In this document: positions 15,658 through 24,000 of the stretch, one piece after another
Layout of the letters: every line of letters begins with the position of its first letter
How positions within the stretch are numbered: position 1 is the stretch's first letter
Assembly (NCBI GenBank): GCA_023511485.1
Contig: JAIMBH010000011.1
Location: forward strand, 9,485-33,484
Length of the DNA: 24,000 nt
From: Bacillota bacterium
Lineage (GTDB): Bacteria; Actinomycetota; Aquicultoria; Aquicultorales; Aquicultoraceae
Direction: 5' to 3'
Translations under genes and position numbers: made by a program
The notes under the pieces: generated by a model
Told to the model about the DNA's origin: nothing
What the model saw: only the letters and a program-made list of their open reading frames with translations
Databases searched by the model: none

Positions 15658-17109
15658 CTACACGGAAGGTTCCCACTTAAGTTTTGGGTGTCTTGCTGCT
15701 TTAGCCTCATCTAACCTTGATACTGGCGTTGTGTGTGGGGCAGTTAGAACAATATCTGGATTAACTACCGCCTCTTCAGCAATCTGCTTCATTACATCGA
15801 CAAAATTATCCAGCGTTTGCTTGCTTTCAGTCTCGGTCGGCTCTATCATCAAAGCTTCATCAACTATAAGCGGAAAATATATTGTCGGTGGGTGGATATT
15901 GAAATCAAGCAGACGTTTTGCTATATCTTTTGCTCTTACTCCTTGCTTCTTATAGCGGTTAGCCGATAATACAAACTCATGCATACATGGTGTGTCATAT
16001 GGAAGTATGTATGTCCCCTTAAGCCTCTCTTTTAAATAATTTGCATTTAAGACCGCGATATCGCTTACTTTGCTTAAGCCCTCTTGCCCGAGGGACCGTA
16101 TATAGCAGTACGCTTTTACCATAACCGCGAAATTACCATAAAACGCCTTCATCTTTCCTATTGTAAGCGGACGGTTATAGTCAAGGTAGTATGCACCAAC
16201 AGCCTCATCTCGCTCAACCAAAGGCACAGGAAGGAAAGGCTCAAGCTTCTCAGTCACCCCAACCGGACCAGACCCCGGTCCCCCTCCTCCATGAGGTGTT
16301 GAAAAGGTCTTATGCAGGTTGTATTGCAGCACATCAAAACCCATGTCACCGGGGCGCGATTTGCCAAGTATTGCGTTAATATTCGCTCCATCGCAGTAGC
16401 TAAGTGCGCCGACAGAGTGCGCCATCTCGTTTATTTTAAGTATATTTTTATCGAAAATACCAAGTGTATTTGGATTCGTTAGAAATATAGCCGCGACCTC
16501 TTCATCAAGTAACCTGCCCAGGTAATCTATATCAACAGCGCCAAATTCATTGGATGGTACCTGAACCACCTTGTAGCCAAGCATAGCTGCGCTTGCCGGA
16601 TTTGTGCCATGAGCTGAATCGGGTATTATTACTTTTGTCCTGTGATCACCGTTATGCTCGTGATAAGCCCTTATCATTGCCATGCCGGTTAACTCCCCTT
16701 GAGCACCCGCTGCAGGCTGCAGGCTTACCCTACTGACGCCGCCTATCTCTGCCAGCCAGGCCGAAAGCTCATACATGAGCTTGAGTGCACCCTGAACTTG
16801 AGACTCATCCTGATACGGGTGAATGTTTGCAAAACCTGGTAGGCTGGACAATAATTCATTTATCTTTGGGTTGTATTTCATGGTGCAAGAACCCAATGGG
16901 TAAAAAACTGTATCAACCGCAAAATCCATATTTGATAAGTTGGTATAATGTCTCGCTATTTCTCCCTCAGTAACTTCCGGAAGCTTAGGGGCTTTGTCTC
17001 TTAGCATTTCTTGCGGCACCAAATCCTCTAACGCTTTGCTTTGTACATCAAGAGGCGGCAGCGAATATGCTTTTTTACCAGGCTTACTTATATCAAAGAT
17101 CGTAGCCAT
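15658..17109 (-). CDS. gcvPB: Glycine dehydrogenase (decarboxylating) subunit 2, the P-protein beta subunit
   Basis: 483 aa with the PLP-lysine context ([16 protein letters not shown]). It overlaps the gcvPA stop by 17 nt. Confidence 0.92.
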   Translation of the reverse strand: MATIFDISKPGKKAYSLPPLDVQSKALEDLVPQEMLRDKAPKLPEVTEGEIARHYTNLSNMDFAVDTVFYPLGSCTMKYNPKINELLSSLPGFANIHPYQDESQVQGALKLMYELSAWLAEIGGVSRVSLQPAAGAQGELTGMAMIRAYHEHNGDHRTKVIIPDSAHGTNPASAAMLGYKVVQVPSNEFGAVDIDYLGRLLDEEVAAIFLTNPNTLGIFDKNILKINEMAHSVGALSYCDGANINAILGKSRPGDMGFDVLQYNLHKTFSTPHGGGGPGSGPVGVTEKLEPFLPVPLVERDEAVGAYYLDYNRPLTIGKMKAFYGNFAVMVKAYCYIRSLGQEGLSKVSDIAVLNANYLKERLKGTYILPYDTPCMHEFVLSANRYKKQGVRAKDIAKRLLDFNIHPPTIYFPLIVDEALMIEPTETESKQTLDNFVDVMKQIAEEAVVNPDIVLTAPHTTPVSRLDEAKAARHPKLKWEPSV

Positions 17110-18448
17110 CTAACATTTCCATCGCTTGCACTAATCTATCTATCTCTTCTTTTGTTCTTTTCTCGGTTACACAAAACAATACGGTATTTGGGTACTGTGG
17201 ATATAACCGACCGATATTAAGGCCACCGATTATATTTTCACTAATGAGGGCCTTATTAATTTCTTTAATTGGCACTCTGCTCCTCAGTGTAAACTCTTTA
17301 AAGAAGTGAACATTTGAGAATGGCTTGAGGTAATTTATTTTGTTTAGTCTTTCGTACGCATAATTGGCTTTTTGAAGGCACTGGTGCGCGACCTCAGTTA
17401 TTCCCTCAGGACCAAGGTAGCTCAGATAGACAGCAGCAGCTATTGCGTTTAAAACCTCGCTTGTTGTTATGTTAGATGTTGCCCTTTCACGCCGTATATG
17501 CTGCTCGCGTGCTTGCAGCGTTAACACATACCCAGTCCTTCCCTTTGTATCATTAGTGGCGCTAATAAGGCGCCCAGGTACGCGCCTTATGTATTCCTTG
17601 CGGCAGGCAAAAAGACCAAGGTAAGGCCCTCCAAAGTTTGCTTTATTGCCAAGACACTGCCCTTCTCCGACGGCCACATCCGCTCCGTAATCGGCAGGCT
17701 TCTTCAGGATACCAAGCGATATAGGATCAACAGAGGCGATAAACAGCGCCGGATAACGATCGGTAATGCTGCCGACCCCTGGCATATTCTCAATATACCC
17801 GAAAAAATTAGGGTTCTGTATTATTACACAAGCACTATCTTCGCTTATCATGTCCTCAAGGGCTGAAATGTCTGTTTGTCCATTATTCATAGGCACGGTT
17901 TTTATTGTTGTATTTAACCCGCGCGTGTAGTTTTGCAAAACACTGCGGTACTCAGGATGGACAGCTTCACTTATGAGAACTTCTGATTTCTCTGTGATAT
18001 CACGTGCAAGAAGCGCCGCCTCCGCTACAGCACTTGCACCGTCGTATAGCGAAGCATTTGCAACATCAAATCCGGTTAGCTCGCAGACCATAGACTGATA
18101 TTCAAATAGCGACTGCAATATTCCTTGGCTTACCTCCGGTTGATATGGAGTGTATGGTGTATAAAATTCTGGAAGCGATATTATCGCATCGACTATTGCC
18201 GGGATGAAGTGGTCATACGCTCCGCCTCCTAAAAAAGACACATAATCATCAAGTGAGAAATTCTGACTCGATAATTGTTTAAGTTCTTTTACCAGCTCGT
18301 ACTCGCTTATGCCAGAAGGTATATCGAGGGGTCGATACATCCTGGCCTCATCTGGTATTGTCAAGTCGAACAACTCATCAATCCTTATTATACCAAGGAA
18401 GTTGAGCATATCTTTGATGTCGTCATCTGTGATAGGTATGTACTGCAA
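17093..18448 (-). CDS. gcvPA: Glycine dehydrogenase (decarboxylating) subunit 1, the P-protein alpha subunit
   Basis: 451 aa with typical GcvPA sequence ([13 protein letters not shown]...[11 protein letters not shown]). TTG start 2 nt after the gcvH stop, with GAGGAG 8 nt upstream. Confidence 0.92.
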   Translation of the reverse strand: MQYIPITDDDIKDMLNFLGIIRIDELFDLTIPDEARMYRPLDIPSGISEYELVKELKQLSSQNFSLDDYVSFLGGGAYDHFIPAIVDAIISLPEFYTPYTPYQPEVSQGILQSLFEYQSMVCELTGFDVANASLYDGASAVAEAALLARDITEKSEVLISEAVHPEYRSVLQNYTRGLNTTIKTVPMNNGQTDISALEDMISEDSACVIIQNPNFFGYIENMPGVGSITDRYPALFIASVDPISLGILKKPADYGADVAVGEGQCLGNKANFGGPYLGLFACRKEYIRRVPGRLISATNDTKGRTGYVLTLQAREQHIRRERATSNITTSEVLNAIAAAVYLSYLGPEGITEVAHQCLQKANYAYERLNKINYLKPFSNVHFFKEFTLRSRVPIKEINKALISENIIGGLNIGRLYPQYPNTVLFCVTEKRTKEEIDRLVQAMEMLDGYDL

Positions 18449-18450
18449 GC

Positions 18451-18831
18451 TTACAGCTCCTCTACATATTCGTCATATGCCTTAGCATCCATTAAGCTGT
18501 TTATCTCATCCGGATCGCTAAGCTCGATCTTAAAAAGCCAGCCATCACCATATGGTTGTTCGTTTATAATTTCTGGATTATCTATCGCATTTTTGTTGAT
18601 TTCTATAACTTTGCCGCTAACGGGTGTATGTAAATCAGCTGTTGACTTTACCGATTCTATCTCGCCAACTATATCGCCAGCCATTACCTCCTCGTCAATA
18701 TCAGGTAAATCAAGGTAAACAATATCTCCAAGCGCATCCTGTGCGTAGTCCGTAATGCCAACAGTAGCAATACCGTTTTCAACTCTTACCCACTCGTGCT
18801 CCTTATAGTACTTTAGATCTTCTGGCGTCAT
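18451..18831 (-). CDS. gcvH: Glycine cleavage system H protein
   Basis: Has the lipoyl-lysine context (GEIESVKSTADLHTPVSG). The ORF track starts at a TTG at 18837, but the ATG at 18831 has AGGGGGGA 6 nt upstream. Confidence 0.92.
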   Translation of the reverse strand: MTPEDLKYYKEHEWVRVENGIATVGITDYAQDALGDIVYLDLPDIDEEVMAGDIVGEIESVKSTADLHTPVSGKVIEINKNAIDNPEIINEQPYGDGWLFKIELSDPDEINSLMDAKAYDEYVEEL

Positions 18832-18879
18832 TACCAATCCCCCCTAATATCTACAACATAAACGGCGCTGTTTGTGGTG

Positions 18880-19977
18880 CTATGCTACAGCTGAAACGCT
18901 TCTTTTCTCTATAAAAGGCCTTTTTGCAATATGACCTGTCAATGATTTACCTCTAACTATTATGTTGATAGCCATGTCATATTCTGCATAATCGCTCTTT
19001 ACATAACCCATGCCGATGCCCTTTCGTAAAATTGGTGAAAATCCACCGCTTGTTACTTTTCCTATCTCGCCGTTAGAGGGCACCGTTATAATCGATCCTT
19101 CTCGCGCTATGCCAGAATCTAAGACAAAACCTACCAATTTTTTTTCTGCGCCTTTCTCTAGCTGAGCATACAGGGCTGATCTACCTATAAACTCACCTTT
19201 GTCAAAATATACGAACCTTAAAAGCCCCGCCTCTATCGGCGTTATCCTAGCTGTTAACTCATGGTCATAAAGTGGATAACCCATCTCAAGCCTTAACATA
19301 TCTCTGGCTCCTAGCCCCGCGGGTTTCACTCCAGCAGAAATTAACGCCTTCCAGGCCGAAATTGCGGCTTTAGGATCGCAGAGAATCTCGAATCCCTCTT
19401 CGCCGGTATATCCCGACCTCATAACCGTAAATTTATTTCCCAGTGCGCTTATGTTTCTAACCGAGTACTGTTTATACCTGGCTGTATCCTCTTTAAAGAC
19501 AGCACGCAAAACATCGGGAGATTTTGGACCTTGAAGTGCTAATAGGCATAATTTTGTAGTAAGGTTTCGTATCTGCAACGGTGGAAAATCGTATTTGTTA
19601 TCATTTAACCAGGCCATTATAGTTTGAATTCGCGATGCGTTAGTTATAATTAAGAACTCGTTCTCTTCCAGACGGTAGGCAATATCGTCGTCTATTATGC
19701 CGCCAATGCTATTGCAAAAAAGAGTATACGCACCCCTTCCAATTTCAATCTTCGCTACATCGCTTGTCGTTACAAATTGTAGCAGGTCATTTGCTCCTGC
19801 ACCTTTAACGTTGATTTTCCCAAGGTGAGAAACATCAAATACACCGCTTGACGTTCTTACTGCCATGTGCTCATCTATTATCTTTGAATAGTAAAGGGGT
19901 AGTTCCCACCCCGAGAACTCTGTAAATTTCGCTCCCAGCTGCTGTTGTTCGTGGAAGAGTGGCGTTCTCTTTGCCAT
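18880..19977 (-). CDS. gcvT: Aminomethyltransferase, the glycine cleavage T protein
   Basis: Typical GcvT sequence (MAKRTPLFHEQQQLGAKF...FDVSHLGKI...GYTGEEGFEI). The longest ORF reaches 20067, but the ATG at 19977 is preceded by AAGGGGA and gives the usual length of about 365 aa. Confidence 0.9.
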   Translation of the reverse strand: MAKRTPLFHEQQQLGAKFTEFSGWELPLYYSKIIDEHMAVRTSSGVFDVSHLGKINVKGAGANDLLQFVTTSDVAKIEIGRGAYTLFCNSIGGIIDDDIAYRLEENEFLIITNASRIQTIMAWLNDNKYDFPPLQIRNLTTKLCLLALQGPKSPDVLRAVFKEDTARYKQYSVRNISALGNKFTVMRSGYTGEEGFEILCDPKAAISAWKALISAGVKPAGLGARDMLRLEMGYPLYDHELTARITPIEAGLLRFVYFDKGEFIGRSALYAQLEKGAEKKLVGFVLDSGIAREGSIITVPSNGEIGKVTSGGFSPILRKGIGMGYVKSDYAEYDMAINIIVRGKSLTGHIAKRPFIEKRSVSAVA

Positions 19978-20100
19978 GTTTCCCCTTGACTCTTGTTCCT
20001 GGTTAAGCCCTGCATGATTAACATAAGCATTCCCCTTTTTACAAATCGTTAAAACGGTACGCGGCATAATACATTTTAATTAGTCATTCCCTATAAAGAG

Positions 20101-20148
20101 CGATAAAATGAGAAGGAGATAGCAGCTTGACTAAGCTACTATCTCCTT
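20101..20148 (-). terminator. Rho-independent terminator after htrA
   Basis: The minus-strand RNA reads AAGGAGATAGTAGCttagtcaaGCTGCTATCTCCTTctcauuuuau. The 14-bp stem is fully paired only in the minus-strand transcript, where the single mismatch becomes a G:U pair. Confidence 0.6.
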
Positions 20149-20208
20149 GTATTGCTTCGAGGTGCTATTGAAAACCCATTATGCATAAGCGCAATGCACA
20201 AAATGTAG

Positions 20209-21480
20209 TTATTGTTTTGGCTTTTCAGCGAGCGTAACTGTGACTTTGCCCTCTTGTCCATTTCTGATATAAGTTATCTCTATACTATTCCCAACGTCTT
20301 TCTGGCGAATTGCCGCAATAAGTGCATCCATATCCTTGATTGGCGATCCGTTGACAGCGATTATTATATCGTTCTTCTGCAGGCCGGCTTTTTCTGCCGG
20401 TCCGCCTGGTAAAACTTGAACAACCAAGACTCCTTCTTTAGCATTAGTCTTAACGTTATTGCCTGCGGCTAACAGGTCGGCCGCATTACCACCTTGTATG
20501 CCTATATATGGATGGCTTGCTTTGCCTTTATTTATTAACTCATCGGCAACCTTTTTTACGGTTTCAACTGGGATTGCAAAGCCTATACCTTCATTTGCGC
20601 CTGTATCCGAGATTATAAGCGTATTTATACCTATAACCCTTCCTTTTGCATCGCTTAAGGCACCCCCGCTATTTCCAGGATTAATCGCCGCGTCAGTTTG
20701 AACAAGATCTGTATAAGTTGTACTGCCACCACCTCGCTCATTTGGAACCGTTACATTCCTATTTAGCGCGCTTATTATCCCTGAAGTCACTGTGTGCTCA
20801 AAGCCATATGGATTACCAATGGCAATAGTGGGGTCACCAACTTCAATATCTTTAGTTGAACCAAATTCAGCAGCAGGCAAGCCAGTCTTGTCTACCTTAA
20901 TAATTGCAAGGTCTGTCTCTGGGTCGGCGGCAACTAGTTTAGCCCTAACTTCATCAGATCCAATCGTGACAAAGATTTCATTTGCTCCTTCAATTACATG
21001 ATTGTTAGTTATAATGTAACCATCGCTTGTATAAATAACACCAGAGCCAACCCCATTCATAACGCCGGAATGAATCGCATCCCGTGGACCCTGATTTACG
21101 CTAACATTTACAACCGATGGTCCAAGTTTCTTTGCGACTGCAGCAGCTGGTGTAGTCAATTCGCTTACTTTAATAATTTCCTTTGAGGCAGTGGTTGTTT
21201 GCTGAGGTCGTGGCCCGCTAAAGACAGCTCTGGGCGAGCTTCCGTACACATATGGTAGCGCATATGCTACAATGAGCCCGCCAACGACTGCACCTATTAA
21301 CCCAACAGCCAGCATAATGCCAATAAGTTTGCGTCCCAACCCAATATCTCCTGTACCTTTATCATTTAGATGTATAGATCTCCTATGCTCTTCTGAGCCT
21401 GGCATCACGTTCTCTCCAGAATCGCTAAAACCGGTACGCTCATGGCGGTTCCTTGCTTCCATACCCATACCCTCTCCCAT
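20209..21480 (-). CDS. htrA: HtrA/DegP-family trypsin-like serine protease with a PDZ domain, membrane-anchored
   Basis: 423 aa with an N-terminal cytoplasmic tail, one TM segment (LIGIMLAVGLIGAVVGGLIVAYAL), catalytic His (NNHVIEG), Asp (DLAIIKV) and Ser (GNSGGAL), and a C-terminal PDZ domain. AGGAAG lies 6 nt upstream of the ATG. Confidence 0.88.
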   Translation of the reverse strand: MGEGMGMEARNRHERTGFSDSGENVMPGSEEHRRSIHLNDKGTGDIGLGRKLIGIMLAVGLIGAVVGGLIVAYALPYVYGSSPRAVFSGPRPQQTTTASKEIIKVSELTTPAAAVAKKLGPSVVNVSVNQGPRDAIHSGVMNGVGSGVIYTSDGYIITNNHVIEGANEIFVTIGSDEVRAKLVAADPETDLAIIKVDKTGLPAAEFGSTKDIEVGDPTIAIGNPYGFEHTVTSGIISALNRNVTVPNERGGGSTTYTDLVQTDAAINPGNSGGALSDAKGRVIGINTLIISDTGANEGIGFAIPVETVKKVADELINKGKASHPYIGIQGGNAADLLAAGNNVKTNAKEGVLVVQVLPGGPAEKAGLQKNDIIIAVNGSPIKDMDALIAAIRQKDVGNSIEITYIRNGQEGKVTVTLAEKPKQ

Positions 21481-21521
21481 TTTAATCTTCCTAAAAAAGA
21501 AAGTTACCTTTTAAGCAGCAA

Positions 21522-21576
21522 CTTATAAATATAATATCCGGAAGATATGAAGAATTTATGAAAAGCCAATTATGAA
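21522..21576 (-). promoter_or_regulatory. Candidate htrA promoter with three TTCATA(A/T) direct repeats
   Basis: The minus strand reads TTCATAA-n7-TTCATAA-n4-TTCATAT. If the last repeat acts as the -35, an 18-nt spacer leads to TATAAG (the plus strand shows cttata at 21522-21527). Confidence 0.3.
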
Positions 21577-21597
21577 TTAGTGAATACGGTTTTACGA

Positions 21598-22115
21598 AAG
21601 ATTGGGTTGCCGAGCTGGCGACAGGGATCGGTTAAATTAACGCACCCCTTTCCGCAATGCCGGCTCCCATGATCGAGGGTCATCCACAACCTCTGAAGTT
21701 ATGTTAAAGCGCATGGCAGGCACCGAAAAGACCGTTTGCTACTGGAGAGCGCCAGGCAAACTCGTACATGTATGTACGTGACTTGTAGGTGACGTGAGCG
21801 TCCGCAAGGCGGATCGCGGGAATTCTGCACCACCAGTCGGTCTGAATTGCCGCAAGCAAGTCGTCCTACGTTGCGCGTCCTGAGGGGATAAAACCCTCAG
21901 CGGGACCACCAGCGGCTTGGAATTGTTGAGCGACAGGGCCATCATAGAGCGCATCTCTAACACCCGCCCAGGGCTCAACTGGCTGGGGCGCCCGAAGCCG
22001 GTTCACGCCAAACGGCGGTGCCACGTAAAGAATGCCCCCTAAACGTGTACACACCATCGACGACACTGCAATGAGCCTTGCCGTACCTGGTTTTGACAAA
22101 TGCATCCATGTACAT
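21598..22115 (-). pseudogene. Decayed type-B carboxylesterase (para-nitrobenzyl-esterase-like) remnant
   Basis: GAAGGAGG then ATG at 22115, reading MYMDAFVKTRYGK..DGVYTFRG. After a 1-nt shift in a G5 run (22035-22039) it continues ILYVAPPFGVNRLRAPQPVEPWAGVRDALYDGP. An in-frame TAG lies at 21866-21868. It then joins directly to a C-terminal block, DDLLAAIQTDWWCRIPAIRLADAH...YMYEFAWRSP...GACHAL. The whole catalytic core is missing. The three overlapping ORF-track entries (21739-22205) are its fragments. Confidence 0.75.
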
Positions 22116-22333
22116 GCCTCCTTCAAAGCGTTTGGTTAACAGTGGAGCCATATCGAGGTACAAGGTTAGTATGCATGGCTCTCCATGGCTTTTTCTATCT
22201 TCCAAGCGTCTTTACATACAAAACAAATAAAATTGATATTTATATTCAGGAGAGAAATTAACCTGCATCCATCAATTTTTGCAATTAACAAACCTTCCGC
22301 TTGGTTGCGCTCTCCCTAGGAAGCATAAATACC

Positions 22334-22362
22334 TTGATTAGAATCGCAGACCTATTTATACT
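22334..22362 (+). promoter_or_regulatory. Candidate sigma-70-type promoter for the MarR-ABC exporter operon
   Basis: TTGATT at 22334-22339, then 17 nt, then TATACT at 22357-22362. The small palindrome TTATTaagtaAATAA follows immediately at about 22364-22378 and could be an operator. Confidence 0.4.
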
Positions 22363-22393
22363 TTATTAAGTAAATAATTTAGCAAATAAGCAT

Positions 22394-22786
22394 TTGAGGA
22401 TTTTAAGCTCTAAGGCAAGAGAATTGGATAAAGAACAAATCATAGAGCAGGCGCATGCGCTTGGAAAGGCGCTACATACATTAAAGCGCTTGGATTTCAC
22501 AAGCAGGGATGACTTGGGATTAAAAAATTCCGAGAAATATTTTCTGTGGCTTCTTTTTACTATTAACAATGGAAAACCCACAATTCCTTCAGATATAGCA
22601 AGAAAAGCAGGAGTTACTTTAGCAGCAATAACCCACCATATCAACTCTCTCGAGAAACAGGGATATATAGTCAGATCGCCGTCACCTCAAGATAGGCGCA
22701 TGGTCTTTATCAGCCTTTCTGATAAGGGTATGGAGATGGTTTCTTCTTTAAAAAAGCTACTTCGAAAAGATATGTGGACTTGTTAA
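22394..22786 (+). CDS. MarR-family transcriptional regulator, apparently frameshifted near its 3' end
   Basis: Has a winged-HTH core (IPSDIARKAGVTLAAITHHINSLEKQGYIVRSPSPQDRRMVFISLSDKG). TTG start without a clear SD, so the start is uncertain. The C-terminal helix continues in the +1 frame to 22886 (see findings). Confidence 0.8.
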   Translation: MRILSSKARELDKEQIIEQAHALGKALHTLKRLDFTSRDDLGLKNSEKYFLWLLFTINNGKPTIPSDIARKAGVTLAAITHHINSLEKQGYIVRSPSPQDRRMVFISLSDKGMEMVSSLKKLLRKDMWTC

Positions 22787-22887
22787 ATACCTTGGAAAGA
22801 AAGAAAGCGCTGAGCTAACGGATTTGATTTTTAGAGTGGCAGTTTATTTTAAACTAGCGAACAAATCAAATAGGAGCAATGCTTAAC

Positions 22888-24000
22888 ATGGCAAAATTAT
22901 TGAAGCACCTGAAGCCCTATGCCCTACAGGTTTTTGCGGTATTCACTCTAGTGCTTGGGCAGGTAATGGCCGACCTAGAACTGCCTGACCTAATGGCGAA
23001 AATTGTTAATGAAGGGATTATTGGTCAAGACAATTCCGTTATCTTAAATACCGGCTTTTGGATGCTACTCATCGCCCTGTCAGGGGCAGCATGTTCTGTT
23101 GGAGTTGGCTTCCTTTCATCACGAATTGCCACAGGCTTCTCAATGAATCTGAGGGAGAAGGTCTTTTCAAAAGTAGAGGGCTTCTCCCTTAAGGAATTTG
23201 ATAGGTTCTCGACCGCATCTCTTATAACCCGCTCAACAAACGATATCCAGCAAATACAAATACTGTTTGTTATGCTCTTAAGAATGGTACTTACTGCACC
23301 ACTTATGGGTTTTGGTGCCATTATTAAAGCATATGACGCTGCCCCATCAATGACGTGGATAATAGCCCTTGTTCTTTTAGGAATGGTAGGTATTACGTTG
23401 GCTCTCTTTTCCATTGCAATGCCAAAGTTCAGGCTCTTGCAGGAGCTTGTCGATAGACTTAACCTGGTAACACGGCAAAATCTTACTGGTCTTCGTGTCG
23501 TTAGGGCCTTCAATGCGGAAAAGTTTGAGGAGGCAAATTTTGAGCGGGCAAATGCCAACCTCACTAAAGTAAGTCTTTATGTTAACCGTCTCACAGCAGC
23601 CATGCAGCCCATGATGATGCTTCTTCTTAACTTTATAGCTATTACTGTTATATGGGTCGGTTCACATGAGATCGATGCGGAGCACCTTATGGTTGGCGAC
23701 ATGATCGCTTTTATGCAGTATGCAATGCAGGTAGTTTTCTCCTTCTTGTTCATTTCTTTTATTTTTATGATGCTTCCGCGCGCCCTGGTATCAGCGCAGC
23801 GTGTGGCTGAAGTTATTGAAACAGAGCCTACTGTAAAAGATCCGGAACACCCAATCGCCTTCCCTGCCAACATGCGAGGGGTTATCGAGTTTAAAAACGT
23901 TAGTTTCTATTATTCCGAAGCCGATAGCCCAGTTTTGAAGGATATCTCATTTACAGCACATCCGGGAGAAATAACTGCTTTTATTGGTAGTACCGGAAGC
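22888..24000 (+). CDS. ABC transporter permease/ATP-binding protein (type I exporter, multidrug-like). The 3' end lies outside the window.
   Basis: My translation reads MAKLLKHLKPYALQVFAVFTLVLGQVMADLELPDLMAKIVNEGI..., six-TM exporter domain sequence, then IEFKNVSFYY...GEITAFIGSTGS, the start of Walker A at the window edge. AGGAG lies 12 nt upstream. It is absent from the ORF track because it has no stop. The minus ORFs 23025-23564 and 23577-23873 are its antisense shadows. Confidence 0.9.
   Translation, partial: MAKLLKHLKPYALQVFAVFTLVLGQVMADLELPDLMAKIVNEGIIGQDNSVILNTGFWMLLIALSGAACSVGVGFLSSRIATGFSMNLREKVFSKVEGFSLKEFDRFSTASLITRSTNDIQQIQILFVMLLRMVLTAPLMGFGAIIKAYDAAPSMTWIIALVLLGMVGITLALFSIAMPKFRLLQELVDRLNLVTRQNLTGLRVVRAFNAEKFEEANFERANANLTKVSLYVNRLTAAMQPMMMLLLNFIAITVIWVGSHEIDAEHLMVGDMIAFMQYAMQVVFSFLFISFIFMMLPRALVSAQRVAEVIETEPTVKDPEHPIAFPANMRGVIEFKNVSFYYSEADSPVLKDISFTAHPGEITAFIGSTGS

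Noticed and set aside
19978-20208. Expected a glycine riboswitch in the leader of the gcvT-gcvH-gcvPA-gcvPB operon.
   Set aside because: I read the minus-strand leader and found none of the conserved glycine-aptamer elements, such as the ACCGAAGGGGCAA-like core or paired GGAGAG/CUCUGGAGAG segments. The only strong structure is the htrA terminator at 20101-20148. A covariance-model scan would be decisive, but by eye the riboswitch is absent.
21739-22205. Three overlapping minus-strand ORFs of 79, 86 and 76 aa, read as separate small genes.
   Set aside because: They are consecutive frame fragments of a single degraded carboxylesterase and are reported as one pseudogene. The upstream extension of the 76-aa ORF (MEDRKSHGEP...) lies 5' of the original GAAGGAGG-ATG start and is non-coding.
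22366-22644. 92-aa minus-strand ORF opposite the MarR gene.
   Set aside because: It is an antisense shadow of the MarR winged-HTH coding region and has no SD.
22749-22756. Programmed -1 ribosomal frameshifting at the dnaX-like slippery heptamer A AAA AAG in the MarR gene.
   Set aside because: The heptamer is in the correct phase. However, the frame that carries the MarR-like C-terminus and abuts the exporter start is +1, not -1. The -1 frame gives only ATSKRYVDLLNTLERKKALS*, with no recognisable similarity. A one-base homopolymer indel, real or a sequencing error, explains it better.
23025-23873. Minus-strand ORFs of 179 aa and 98 aa.
   Set aside because: They are antisense shadows of the plus-strand ABC exporter, whose translation shows clear TM-domain and Walker A similarity. 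They have no SD and low-complexity Ser/Ala/Arg-rich composition.

Overview
This is mostly a core-genome window from a Gram-positive-type bacterium of moderate to low GC. I support 24 protein-coding genes, 20 of them on the minus strand, plus one decayed pseudogene. The gene order looks most like Actinomycetota/Terrabacteria, judged from memory and not from a search. That order is HD hydrolase-secD-secF, relA-dtd-MBL hydrolase-hisS, yraN...comM-dprA, and gcvT-gcvH-gcvPA-gcvPB followed by a GarA/OdhI-type FHA protein and an FtsR/Rv1828-type MerR regulator. Two genes missing from the ORF track run off the window edges: hisS (1-636, minus) and an ABC exporter (22888-24000, plus). Several ORF-track starts look over-extended, so I give Shine-Dalgarno-supported starts for relA, the HD gene, comM, yraN, gcvH, gcvT and the 98-aa ORF. 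I found no tRNA, rRNA, CRISPR array, transposase or recognisable defence system. The points worth a second look are listed here.

- **RsiG-like ORF:** a 101-aa coiled-coil ORF carries a near-perfect single RsiG-type c-di-GMP-binding signature. It sits between the gcv operon and a zinc-ribbon-fused GarA-like protein.
- **yraN/comM interruption:** about 2.3 kb separates these normally adjacent genes. It holds two opposite-strand Usp paralogues, an orphan 92-aa gene and a 553-bp structured non-coding gap.
- **Esterase remnant:** a G+C-rich, internally deleted and frameshifted type-B carboxylesterase remnant lies upstream of htrA.
- **MarR frameshift:** the MarR gene is frameshifted at an A AAA AAG tract directly upstream of its cognate ABC exporter.
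- **Repeat sets:** short direct repeats occur at two promoters.

None of this amounts to a demonstrable new multi-gene system. The RsiG-like/GarA-like/FtsR-like string is the best candidate for new biology.
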